A stretch of DNA of 32,000 nucleotides from Pseudomonadales bacterium (GTDB lineage: Bacteria; Pseudomonadota; Gammaproteobacteria; Pseudomonadales; Ketobacteraceae), in assembly GCA_002708905.1 (NCBI GenBank), contig PAPM01000022.1:7969-39968 (forward strand), written 5' to 3'. The notes under the pieces are model-generated. The model was not told where the DNA came from and made no database searches. It saw only the letters and a program-made list of their open reading frames with translations. The position numbers were made by a program, and so were the translations under genes. Shown here one piece after another: positions 9,451 to 20,135 of the stretch. Position 1 is the first letter of the stretch. Each line of letters starts with the position of its first letter.

Positions 9451-9771
9451 TTGGGCGTCAGCTTATTCATTCTGCTGTTTGCAATTACCTTAGTGGCGTA
9501 TGTGTATGGAGATGAGGTGATTTTGTTGAATGGCTTGCTAATCCGTAAGAAGCTTTTCTTTATTGAGCGCAAGATTTTATTAACGGATATTAAAGACTAT
9601 AGGGTTAACATTGGCGTTTTTAAGTATAGCGATCGTATGAAGCCTACTATCAGGCTTGAGATCTATGATGGGGATGGAAAAAGCAAAATTTGCATACCTA
9701 TAAAGCTGTATCCGAGGGAATTTATTGGTAGCTTGCAGGAGGAGCTTAAGAAAATGGCATTAAGTAAGTGA
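9451..9771 (+). CDS. hypothetical membrane protein, possibly bacterial-PH-domain-like (possibly 5'-truncated or frameshifted)
   Basis: ORF with a TTG start and an N-terminal TM helix (GVSLFILLFAITLVAYVY), followed by a ~85 aa soluble region. An upstream 57-codon ORF (9320-9493, other frame) encodes another TM helix and would join it with a 1-nt frame change. Confidence 0.4.
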   Translation: MGVSLFILLFAITLVAYVYGDEVILLNGLLIRKKLFFIERKILLTDIKDYRVNIGVFKYSDRMKPTIRLEIYDGDGKSKICIPIKLYPREFIGSLQEELKKMALSK

Positions 9772-10181
9772 GGAATCCTATTAGAGATATTAACGATGAC
9801 GCTTGGCGAAAACTGGGTAAGACTTATTGGATCCCCTTCTTGCTTGTAGTGATGGTGTTTTCATTTTATGCGCATAGCGTGAGACAGCGTATCACGCTTG
9901 AGCCGCTGACAACTGAGGAAGCCGAGAGCTATTCAGAAAAAATAATGAACTCCAAAAAGCTCCAACAAACATTCGGGGCTATTCAGGAAGTTGAATTTCT
10001 TGGCGGGATTTTTGAGCAGCAGAGAGATCGTTACACTTATTCGGTCTATATAATTACCCAAGATCGAAAAATTCAAGCTGAACTCCGGCTTACCAAAGTA
10101 GGGGCAGATGTGAAGTCGGCCCATCTGGTTCACGTATCACTGGGTTCTGGAGAATCATTTTCAATTGACTTAAAAAACTAA
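9768..10181 (+). CDS. hypothetical membrane-anchored protein (Coa1/DUF-like small beta domain, tentative)
   Basis: The GTG start overlaps the previous stop by 4 nt (GTGA), suggesting translational coupling. It has an N-terminal TM helix (YWIPFLLVVMVFSFYA) followed by a ~90 aa domain. I recognise no confident family. Confidence 0.45.
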   Translation: MRNPIRDINDDAWRKLGKTYWIPFLLVVMVFSFYAHSVRQRITLEPLTTEEAESYSEKIMNSKKLQQTFGAIQEVEFLGGIFEQQRDRYTYSVYIITQDRKIQAELRLTKVGADVKSAHLVHVSLGSGESFSIDLKN

Positions 10182-10354
10182 ACTTGCCATTGGTTCGGAC
10201 AGCTCGATTCATTTAGGCTAACACCTTTAGGGTGTCCGGGCTCCAAAATGTGTCCACATAGAGTTGAATATAATTTCCGGATATTTTGCCGGTGTGGTGT
10301 AGAATCGCTCTCCAGAAAAGAAAGTGCCTGGCAAAGAATACACGGAACCACACA

Positions 10355-10999
10355 GTGCAATTAACCGAACAACAAGCAACGCGGCTCGCGTCCGGTTGTG
10401 AACAACTGCGCCTTAACCTGAGCGACCAGCAACAGCAGACCATTCGTGCCTACCTTGAAAACCTGCTGAAGTGGAACCAAGCCTATAACCTCACCGCTAT
10501 CCGCGATCCCGATGACATGGTGATCAAGCATTTGCTGGACAGCCTGTCCATCGTGCCCTACGTTAAAGGCCACAGGATTCTGGACGTCGGCACCGGTCCC
10601 GGGTTACCGGGTATTCCCGCTTCCATCTGCGATCCCGATCACCACTGGACCCTGATCGACAGCAACGGCAAAAAGACCCGTTTTCTGGTACAAATGAAGG
10701 CGGAACTCAAGCTGGATAACGTTTCGGTGATTAAGGGGCGGATCGAATCAGTACCGGCCAGCCAGCGCTTCGACACCATCACCAGTCGTGCGTTTTCTTC
10801 CCTGCAGAATTTTGTAGGTGTGTGCTTACCACTGCTGGAAGAAGGGGGAGAACTGCTGGCCATGAAAGGTCTGGTGCCGGAAGACGAAATCGAAGCCCTG
10901 CAGCAACAGGCACTGGAAATTCGCATTGAACCACTCAATGTGCCCTATTTGCATGAAGAGCGGCACCTGATTGTGGTAAAAAGAACGCACACAGGATAA
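10355..10999 (+). CDS. rsmG: 16S rRNA (guanine527-N7)-methyltransferase RsmG (GidB)
   Basis: KWNQAYNLTAIRDPDDMVIKHLLDSL and the SAM motif ILDVGTGPGLPGIP match RsmG. I chose the GTG at 10355 (214 aa, aligns with the E. coli N-terminus) over the TTG at 10286 in the ORF track. Confidence 0.93.
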   Translation: MQLTEQQATRLASGCEQLRLNLSDQQQQTIRAYLENLLKWNQAYNLTAIRDPDDMVIKHLLDSLSIVPYVKGHRILDVGTGPGLPGIPASICDPDHHWTLIDSNGKKTRFLVQMKAELKLDNVSVIKGRIESVPASQRFDTITSRAFSSLQNFVGVCLPLLEEGGELLAMKGLVPEDEIEALQQQALEIRIEPLNVPYLHEERHLIVVKRTHTG

Positions 11000-11019
11000 A
11001 AGCATCCGGGAGATCGATT

Positions 11020-11820
11020 GTGGGTAAAGTAATCTCAGTGACCAATCAAAAGGGCGGTGTGGGTAAAACCACCACCTCAGTAAATCTGGCTGCGTCACTG
11101 GTTGCTACCAAGCGAAAGGTACTGTTGATCGATCTCGACCCCCAGGGCAATGCCACCATGGGCAGCGGCGTCAACAAGCACGAGTTGGAGAGCTCTATCT
11201 ACGATGTGCTGGTGGAGCAGATGTCCGTGGCCGATGCGGTGGTGCATACCGAACCCGGTTACGACCTGATTGGTTCCAACGCAGACCTGACGGCGGCGGA
11301 AGTGGAACTGCTGGATCTTGATGCCCGAGAACAGCGCCTGAATCATGCCCTGGAAGGGGTGCGTTCCCAATACGACTACATCCTGATTGATTGCCCCCCA
11401 TCCCTCAATATGTTGACGGTGAATGCTTTAGTGGCCTCCGATTCCGTCATCATTCCCATGCAGTGTGAATACTATGCACTGGAAGGATTGTCAGCCTTGT
11501 TGAACACCATTGAAAAAATCCAGAGCGTGCTCAATCCCAAGCTCGAGATCGATGGGTTGCTGCGCACCATGTACGATCCCCGCATTGCATTAGCCAACCA
11601 GGTGTCCAGTCAATTGACAGAGCACTTTGGCGATAAGGTCTATCGCACCATCATTCCACGCAATGTGCGTCTGGCGGAGGCCCCCAGTCATGGTTTGCCG
11701 GTGCTGGAATACGATCGTCGTTCCCGCGGCGCGGTGTCCTATCTGGCGCTGGCCGGTGAGCTGATTCGCCGGGCGGAACAGAAATTGACAGCCACCGGAG
11801 CGGAAACCGCCACCGCCTGA
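11020..11820 (+). CDS. parA: chromosome partitioning ATPase ParA (Soj)
   Basis: Deviant Walker A motif NQKGGVGKTTT, LLIDLDPQGNAT, and a 266 aa length, located immediately upstream of parB. Confidence 0.97.
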   Translation: MGKVISVTNQKGGVGKTTTSVNLAASLVATKRKVLLIDLDPQGNATMGSGVNKHELESSIYDVLVEQMSVADAVVHTEPGYDLIGSNADLTAAEVELLDLDAREQRLNHALEGVRSQYDYILIDCPPSLNMLTVNALVASDSVIIPMQCEYYALEGLSALLNTIEKIQSVLNPKLEIDGLLRTMYDPRIALANQVSSQLTEHFGDKVYRTIIPRNVRLAEAPSHGLPVLEYDRRSRGAVSYLALAGELIRRAEQKLTATGAETATA

Positions 11821-11892
11821 TTGCGTCCCAAGCCAAGCCCCTTATAATGTGGAACCCATCATTAATGTGAAACCTATCAGGTAAGTCACATT
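11821..11892 (+). promoter_or_regulatory. parA-parB intergenic region: candidate promoter plus tandem 18-bp repeat carrying two half-parS heptamers
   Basis: -35 TTGCGT (11821-11826), 16-nt spacer, -10 TATAAT (11843-11848). Tandem 18-bp units 11844-11861 and 11862-11879 are 15/18 identical and contain GTGGAAC (11849-11855) and GTGAAAC (11867-11873), which are half sites of the parS palindrome TGTTNCACGTGNAACA. There is also a 7-bp inverted repeat, AATGTGA (11864-11870) / TCACATT (11886-11892). Confidence 0.45.
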
Positions 11893-11919
11893 TTTCACCG
11901 ACGACAATAAAGGCGATAC

Positions 11920-12819
11920 ATGGCTGCCAAGAAGAAAGGATTGGGTCGAGGACTGGATGCGCTGTTGGGAAGCGCCAATATTCCGCAAAAAGAAGTTTCC
12001 ACCGATGCCAGCAAACCCGTCACGATCACCCGTGAAGACGTTGACGGTGAACTCAAGCATCTCCCCATTGAGTTTCTGCAGCGCGGCCGTTACCAGCCCC
12101 GTCGCGATATGGACCCCCAAGCCCTGGAAGACCTGGCCAACTCCATCAAGGCCCAGGGTGTGATGCAACCCATTGTGGTTCGCCCCATTGCCGGACCCAA
12201 CCAATACGAAATCATTGCCGGTGAACGTCGTTGGCGCGCCAGCCAGCTGGCGGGGCTTGATAAAGTACCTTGCGTAATTCGCTCTGTAACCGATGAAGCC
12301 GCCATTGCCATGGCGCTGATTGAAAACATCCAACGGGAAGACCTCAACCCCATTGAAGAGGCCGCAGCCCTGCAGCGCTTTCAGGATGAATTTGAATTAA
12401 CTCACCAGCAGGTGGCGGAAGCAGTGGGCAAATCCCGCACCACGGTGACCAACCTGCTGCGTCTTATGAGCCTCAGTGCGGAGGCCAAAAAGCTGGTGGA
12501 ACACGGCGATCTGGAGATGGGCCATGCCCGCGCCATCCTCACTTTGGACAGCGGCAAACAAACCGAGGCGGCACGGGCTATTGTCGCCAAAGGGCTTTCC
12601 GTGCGCCAGACCGAAGCACTGGTGCGGCGCCTGCAGCAGGAAAAAATCGCCACCGGTGATACCAAAATCGATCCTGATATCAAATTGTTACAAGATAATT
12701 TGTCCGACAAGCTGGGTGCACCGGTCATGATCCACCATAGCGCCAAAGGTAAGGGCAAGCTGGTGATTCGCTACGGCAGTCTGGATGAGCTGGACGGCAT
12801 CCTCGACCACATCAAATAA
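11920..12819 (+). CDS. parB: chromosome partitioning protein ParB (Spo0J)
   Basis: KGLGRGLDALL N-terminal box, the ParB box IVVRP....YEIIAGERRWRAS, the HTH region LTHQQVAEAVGKSRTTVTNLLRL, and a 299 aa length. Confidence 0.97.
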   Translation: MAAKKKGLGRGLDALLGSANIPQKEVSTDASKPVTITREDVDGELKHLPIEFLQRGRYQPRRDMDPQALEDLANSIKAQGVMQPIVVRPIAGPNQYEIIAGERRWRASQLAGLDKVPCVIRSVTDEAAIAMALIENIQREDLNPIEEAAALQRFQDEFELTHQQVAEAVGKSRTTVTNLLRLMSLSAEAKKLVEHGDLEMGHARAILTLDSGKQTEAARAIVAKGLSVRQTEALVRRLQQEKIATGDTKIDPDIKLLQDNLSDKLGAPVMIHHSAKGKGKLVIRYGSLDELDGILDHIK

Positions 12820-12844
12820 AGCCGAAATGGCCCGGCGACCCGTG

Positions 12845-12873
12845 TTGCCTGTGCTATGGAAAGTCTCTATAAT
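12845..12873 (+). promoter_or_regulatory. candidate sigma70 promoter of the atp operon
   Basis: -35 TTGCCT (12845-12850), 17-nt spacer, perfect -10 TATAAT (12868-12873), about 110 bp upstream of atpI. Confidence 0.55.
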
Positions 12874-12980
12874 CGGCACCGCCTTACACAGGCACCTGCA
12901 ATCAGCGTCTGAGCTGACCCAAAAGGTCCAAAAGGCCAACAGAGTGTAATTCGCTGATTGAGGGCAAACGGAAAACGACT

Positions 12981-13370
12981 GTGACAAAGCCGAGCACGTT
13001 AAACAAAGGGTATTTGGGTGTTTACGTGGTGGGCTCGCAGGCCCTGATCTCGACCTTGATTCCTGTAATCGTGTTGTGTGTTGTGGGTAAAGCGGCTGCG
13101 CTGGCAGCTTTGGTAGGGGGCTGGATCGCGGTTCTGGCCAATCTTTACTTCGCCATACAGGCATTTCGTTTCTCAGGGGCGCGCGCATCGCAAGAGATGG
13201 TGCGGGCTTTCTATCGGGGTGAGGCCGGAAAATTTGTCATTGTCATGCTGCTGTTCATCGCAGCGTTCAAACTGCTCCCGGGTGTCCGTGAAAGCGCGGC
13301 ATATTTGTTTTCAGCCTTCTTTGTAGTGTACGGTGTCGCTTGGCTGGCACCCCTTGTGTTGCGCAAATAG
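12981..13370 (+). CDS. atpI: ATP synthase protein I (AtpI)
   Basis: Small (129 aa) multi-TM protein directly upstream of atpB, at the canonical position. The start is GTG. Confidence 0.85.
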   Translation: MTKPSTLNKGYLGVYVVGSQALISTLIPVIVLCVVGKAAALAALVGGWIAVLANLYFAIQAFRFSGARASQEMVRAFYRGEAGKFVIVMLLFIAAFKLLPGVRESAAYLFSAFFVVYGVAWLAPLVLRK

Positions 13371-14282
<912 letters not shown>

Positions 14283-14320
14283 GAATTGTGTTTCAACCTT
14301 AACCATTAACTTAACCTTAA

Positions 14321-14584
<264 letters not shown>

Positions 14585-14643
14585 GTCCATCGCTTCGAGA
14601 AAGTAGCGTCACACATTTACTTTAACGAGCGAGAGGGTTTGGT

Positions 14644-15114
14644 ATGGATATTAATGCCACCATCATAGGTCAATCCATCGCCTTTGCCGTATTCGTATTT
14701 TTCTGTCTCAAGTTCGTATGGCCACCATTGATTAATGCCATGCGTGAACGCTCAGAAAAAATCGCACAGGGCTTACAGGCGGCAGACCAGGCTGAGCAGG
14801 ATCTGGAACTGGCTAAAGAAAAAGCCGCAGACACCCTGCGTGAAGCCAAGCAGCAAGCTGCTGCGTTGATTGAGCAAGCCAACAAGCGCGCCAATCAATT
14901 GGTCGAAGAAGCGAAAGATCAGGCCCGCGCCGAAGGCGAGCGTCTGAAAGCGGCTGCCCAGGCAGAAGTGGAACAGGAACTGAACCGCGCTAAAGAAGCG
15001 TTGCGTGCTCAAGTGTCTGTTCTGTCTATTGCCGGTGCAGAAAAAATTCTTGGCACGGCAGTCGATCAAAATGCTCATAACGCAATGCTTGAGCAGCTTG
15101 CATCAGAACTGTAA
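14644..15114 (+). CDS. atpF: F0F1 ATP synthase subunit b
   Basis: 156 aa, with an N-terminal TM helix and then a long charged coiled-coil rich in A/E/K/Q. Operon position supports the call. Confidence 0.96.
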   Translation: MDINATIIGQSIAFAVFVFFCLKFVWPPLINAMRERSEKIAQGLQAADQAEQDLELAKEKAADTLREAKQQAAALIEQANKRANQLVEEAKDQARAEGERLKAAAQAEVEQELNRAKEALRAQVSVLSIAGAEKILGTAVDQNAHNAMLEQLASEL

Positions 15115-15126
15115 CGGTATCGGATT

Positions 15127-15663
15127 ATGGCAGAACTAATCACAGTTGCCCGGCCTTACGCGAAAGCGGCTTTTCAGTTCGCCGACGAGAACGGCGCACT
15201 TGCTGAATGGTCCGATATGCTTGCCTTTGCAGCGGCTGTTTCTACAGATGAAGCAGTATCCAGTTTCCTGAACAACCCTAAAATCACCTCTGCCCAGAAA
15301 GCAGAGGCTTTTGGTGATCTGTGCAAGGACAAACTGAATGCCCAGGGTAAAAATTTTGTGGCCATGCTGGCGCAGAACAAGCGATTGGCGGCGTTGCCGG
15401 AAATCGCAACATTGTTCGAAGCGCTGAAGTCACAAAAGGAACAAAGCGTTGATGTGGAAATTACCTCTGCATTTGCTTTGAGCGATGAGCAAGGGAACAA
15501 ACTTGCTGCTGCCCTGAAGCAGAAACTGGGCCGTGAAGTCAACGTCACCACTGCAGAAGATAAAGCTCTGTTGGGCGGTGTCATCATCAGAGCCGGCGAC
15601 ATGGTGATTGACGGTTCTGTACGCGGCAAGCTCGCTAAACTGGCCGAAAAATTGAATTCTTGA
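15127..15663 (+). CDS. atpH: F0F1 ATP synthase subunit delta
   Basis: 178 aa, with the typical [11 protein letters not shown]-terminus of OSCP/delta. Operon position supports the call. Confidence 0.96.
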   Translation: MAELITVARPYAKAAFQFADENGALAEWSDMLAFAAAVSTDEAVSSFLNNPKITSAQKAEAFGDLCKDKLNAQGKNFVAMLAQNKRLAALPEIATLFEALKSQKEQSVDVEITSAFALSDEQGNKLAAALKQKLGREVNVTTAEDKALLGGVIIRAGDMVIDGSVRGKLAKLAEKLNS

Positions 15664-15673
15664 GGACATAAGC

Positions 15674-17218
15674 ATGCAGCAACTCAACCCTTCAGAAATC
15701 AGCGAGCTGATCAAACAGCGCATCGCGAATCTGGATACAACTTCCGAAGCGCGCACCGAAGGTACCATCGTTAGCGTATCTGACGGTATCGTGCGAGTTC
15801 ACGGTCTGGCCGACGTAATGTACGGCGAGATGATCGAGTTTGAAAACGGCACTTACGGTATGGCTCTTAACCTGGAGCAGGATTCTGTAGGTGCGGTAGT
15901 ACTGGGTGATTACCTGGGACTGGCCGAAGGTCAAAAAGTGAAGTGTACCGGCAAAGTACTGGAAGTACCTGTTGGTCCTGAACTGCTGGGCCGGGTAGTA
16001 GACGGTCTGGGTAATCCCATCGACGGTAAGGGCCCACTGAACACCAAACTGACTGACGTTGTTGAAAAGGTTGCACCTGGTGTAATCGCCCGTCAATCGG
16101 TTGACCAACCTGTTCAGACTGGTTTGAAATCCATCGACGCCATGACCCCGGTTGGTCGTGGCCAGCGTGAGCTGATCATCGGTGACCGTCAGATCGGTAA
16201 AACCGCGATCGCCATCGACACCATCATCAACCAGAAAGATTCCGGCATTAAGTGTATCTACGTGGCCATCGGTCAGAAGCAATCTTCGATTGCCAACGTA
16301 GTGCGTAAGCTGGAAGAGCACGGCGCAATGGACAATACCATCGTGGTAGCGGCAGCAGCAGCTGACCCCGCAGCGATGTTGTTCCTGGCCGCGTTCACCG
16401 GTTGTACCATGGGTGAATACTTCCGCGACCGCGGTGAAGACGCGCTGATCGTATACGATGACTTGACCAAGCAAGCTTGGGCTTATCGTCAGATCTCCCT
16501 GTTGCTGCGTCGTCCTCCGGGCCGTGAAGCTTATCCTGGTGACGTATTCTATCTGCACTCCCGTCTGCTGGAACGTGCTGCCCGTGTAAACGCCGACTAC
16601 GTAGAGAAGTTCACCAACGGTGAAGTGAAAGGCCAAACCGGTTCTTTGACGGCGTTGCCTATCATCGAAACCCAGGCGGGTGACGTTTCTGCCTTCGTAC
16701 CGACCAACGTAATCTCCATTACCGACGGTCAGATCTTCGTGGAAACCAACCTGTTTAACTCCGGTATTCGTCCTGCGATGAACGCCGGTATCTCGGTTTC
16801 TCGTGTAGGTGGTGCAGCACAAACCAAGATCATTAAAAAGCTGGGTGGTGGTATTCGTCTGGCTCTGGCTCAGTATCGTGAACTGGCGGCGTTCGCCCAG
16901 TTTGCATCCGACCTGGACGAAGCAACCCGTAAGCAGTTGGAACACGGTACTCGGGTAACCGAGCTGATGAAGCAGAAACAGTACTCGCCTCTGTCTGTGG
17001 CAGAAATGGGTCTGGTTCTGTACGTGGCCAACGAAGGTTTCCTGGAAGACATCGAAGTTGCCAAGATCCTGGATTTTGAAGCGGCTCTGCTGTCTTACGC
17101 CAACTCTGAATACTCTGCGCTGATGGCCAAAGTAAATGAGAAAGGCGACTGGAACAGCGATATCGAAAGCGAGTACAAAGCACTCGTTGAGAAGTTCAAG
17201 TCCACCCAGACTTGGTAA
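15674..17218 (+). CDS. atpA: F0F1 ATP synthase subunit alpha
   Basis: Walker A motif [11 protein letters not shown], high-conservation blocks ([22 protein letters not shown]), and a 514 aa length. Confidence 0.99.
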   Translation: MQQLNPSEISELIKQRIANLDTTSEARTEGTIVSVSDGIVRVHGLADVMYGEMIEFENGTYGMALNLEQDSVGAVVLGDYLGLAEGQKVKCTGKVLEVPVGPELLGRVVDGLGNPIDGKGPLNTKLTDVVEKVAPGVIARQSVDQPVQTGLKSIDAMTPVGRGQRELIIGDRQIGKTAIAIDTIINQKDSGIKCIYVAIGQKQSSIANVVRKLEEHGAMDNTIVVAAAAADPAAMLFLAAFTGCTMGEYFRDRGEDALIVYDDLTKQAWAYRQISLLLRRPPGREAYPGDVFYLHSRLLERAARVNADYVEKFTNGEVKGQTGSLTALPIIETQAGDVSAFVPTNVISITDGQIFVETNLFNSGIRPAMNAGISVSRVGGAAQTKIIKKLGGGIRLALAQYRELAAFAQFASDLDEATRKQLEHGTRVTELMKQKQYSPLSVAEMGLVLYVANEGFLEDIEVAKILDFEAALLSYANSEYSALMAKVNEKGDWNSDIESEYKALVEKFKSTQTW

Positions 17219-17226
17219 TCATTCAC

Positions 17227-17248
17227 CGGGGCAAGGCGACTTGCCCCG
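17227..17248 (+). other. intercistronic stem-loop between atpA and atpG
   Basis: Perfect 9-bp stem CGGGGCAAG (17227-17235) / CTTGCCCCG (17240-17248) with the loop GCGA. No T-tract follows, so it is not a classical terminator. Confidence 0.5.
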
Positions 17249-17269
17249 TAACCTGAATACGGTAGACCT

Positions 17270-18130
17270 ATGTCAGGCGCAAAAGAGATACGTGGCAAAA
17301 TAGCCAGTGTTAAAAATACGCAGAAAATTACCTCTGCAATGGAACTCGTTGCGGCTAGTAAAATGCGTAAAGCGCAAGACCGTATGGCGGCATCCAAACC
17401 CTATGCGGAAAAAATTCGCCAGGTCGTGCGTCACCTAGCCAATTCCAATGCGGAATATAAGCATACTTACATGGACGAGCGTGAAGTTAAACGCGTCGGC
17501 GTCATTGTGGTGTCTTCCGATCGTGGTCTTTGTGGTGGTCTGAACATTAACCTGTTCAAAAAGACCCTGCAGTTGACCAAGCAATGGAAAGAAAAAGGCT
17601 GCGAAGTGGACATGACCCTGATCGGCGGAAAAGCCGTAAGCTTTTTCCGTTCCGTTGGCGGCAACGTGGTTGCCACCAAAACCGGATTGGGTGATGAACC
17701 TGCGGTTGAAGATCTGATCGGTGCCGTAAAGGTCATGCTGAACGCATTTGAATCCGGCACAATCGATCGTTTGTACCTGATGTACAACGATTTTGTGAAC
17801 ACCATGACGCAAACCCCAACCAGCATCCAGCTGTTGCCTCTGGAAGCCAGCAAAGATGAAGAGTACCAGCATCACTGGGACTACATCTATGAGCCTGAGG
17901 CGAAAGAAATTCTGGATTACCTGCTGGTTCGCTTTGTTGAATCCCAAGTATACCAGGGCGTGGTCGAGAACAACGCCTGTGAGCAGGCTGCTCGAATGGT
18001 TGCGATGAAGTCCGCTACCGACAACGCGGGCAACCTGATCAACGATCTGCAATTGGTGTACAACAAAGCCCGTCAGGCTGCCATTACCCAGGAGATCTCC
18101 GAGATCGTGGGCGGCGCGGCAGCGGTATAA
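17270..18130 (+). CDS. atpG: F0F1 ATP synthase subunit gamma
   Basis: N-terminal [30 protein letters not shown] and C-terminal [20 protein letters not shown] motifs, with a 286 aa length. Confidence 0.98.
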   Translation: MSGAKEIRGKIASVKNTQKITSAMELVAASKMRKAQDRMAASKPYAEKIRQVVRHLANSNAEYKHTYMDEREVKRVGVIVVSSDRGLCGGLNINLFKKTLQLTKQWKEKGCEVDMTLIGGKAVSFFRSVGGNVVATKTGLGDEPAVEDLIGAVKVMLNAFESGTIDRLYLMYNDFVNTMTQTPTSIQLLPLEASKDEEYQHHWDYIYEPEAKEILDYLLVRFVESQVYQGVVENNACEQAARMVAMKSATDNAGNLINDLQLVYNKARQAAITQEISEIVGGAAAV

Positions 18131-18174
18131 GGGACCGGTTTACAGTATTCAGGTTTTTAACAGTTACGATTTAA

Positions 18175-19584
<1,410 letters not shown>

Positions 19585-19618
19585 TTGGCCCTTTAGGTAA
19601 AACCTGGGAGTAAGAACC

Positions 19619-20044
19619 ATGGCGATAACCGTACACTGTGATATCGTTTCTGCCGAAAAATCCATCTTTTCCGGATTGGTGGAAATGGTTATCGCTCACG
19701 GCAAACTGGGTGACCTGGGTATTGCCCGGGGTCACGCTCCCTTGTTGACGCAATTGAACCCCGGTCCGATTCGTGTCATCAAGCAAAACGGTGAAGAAGA
19801 AGTGTACTACGTGTCTGGTGGTATGCTGGAAGTGCAACCCAAGGTGGTTACGGTTCTGGCGGATACTGCCCAGCGCGCAGACGACGTCGACGAAGCAGCT
19901 GCTCAACAGGCTGTGGAAGATGCGCGTCGCGCCCTGGCCAACCAGTCTTCCGAAATCAACTACTCTGCTGCGGCAGCGATGTTGGCGGAAGCGGCAGCAC
20001 AACTGCGTACAATTCAAGCCCTTAAGAAGAAAATGGGTAAGTAA
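19619..20044 (+). CDS. atpC: F0F1 ATP synthase subunit epsilon
   Basis: 141 aa and last gene of the atp operon. It has a typical N-terminal beta-sandwich and a C-terminal helical hairpin rich in A/E. Confidence 0.95.
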   Translation: MAITVHCDIVSAEKSIFSGLVEMVIAHGKLGDLGIARGHAPLLTQLNPGPIRVIKQNGEEEVYYVSGGMLEVQPKVVTVLADTAQRADDVDEAAAQQAVEDARRALANQSSEINYSAAAAMLAEAAAQLRTIQALKKKMGK

Positions 20045-20082
20045 GCACCGGTTGTCGTGAAACGCGTAACAAAGCATGATAG

Positions 20083-20110
20083 AAAGGGTAGCGTATGCTG
20101 CCCTTTTTTC
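20083..20110 (+). terminator. rho-independent terminator after atpC
   Basis: Stem GGGTAGC (20086-20092) / GCTGCCC (20097-20103, one G-U pair), loop GTAT, followed by TTTTTT (20104-20109). It lies 39 nt after the atpC stop. Confidence 0.7.
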
Positions 20111-20135
20111 GTTTAAACCAAATGGAATAGCACCA

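Noticed and set aside
12688-13188. 166-aa minus-strand ORF spanning the parB 3' end, the atp promoter region and atpI.
   Set aside because: It overlaps two well-supported plus-strand genes and a strong promoter. Its P/S/R-rich composition is typical of a spurious antisense frame.
15692-16945. Long antisense ORFs opposite well-conserved genes: 417 aa opposite atpA, and likewise 18157-19665 opposite atpD, 7520-8455 opposite mnmG, 20742-21614 opposite glmU, 19559-20494 across atpC/glmU, and 26569-27855 opposite tnsC.
   Set aside because: The sense strands encode unmistakable conserved proteins. The antisense translations are low-complexity, R/G/V/T/Q-rich, and show no recognisable motifs. This is the usual shadow-ORF artefact of codon-biased genes.
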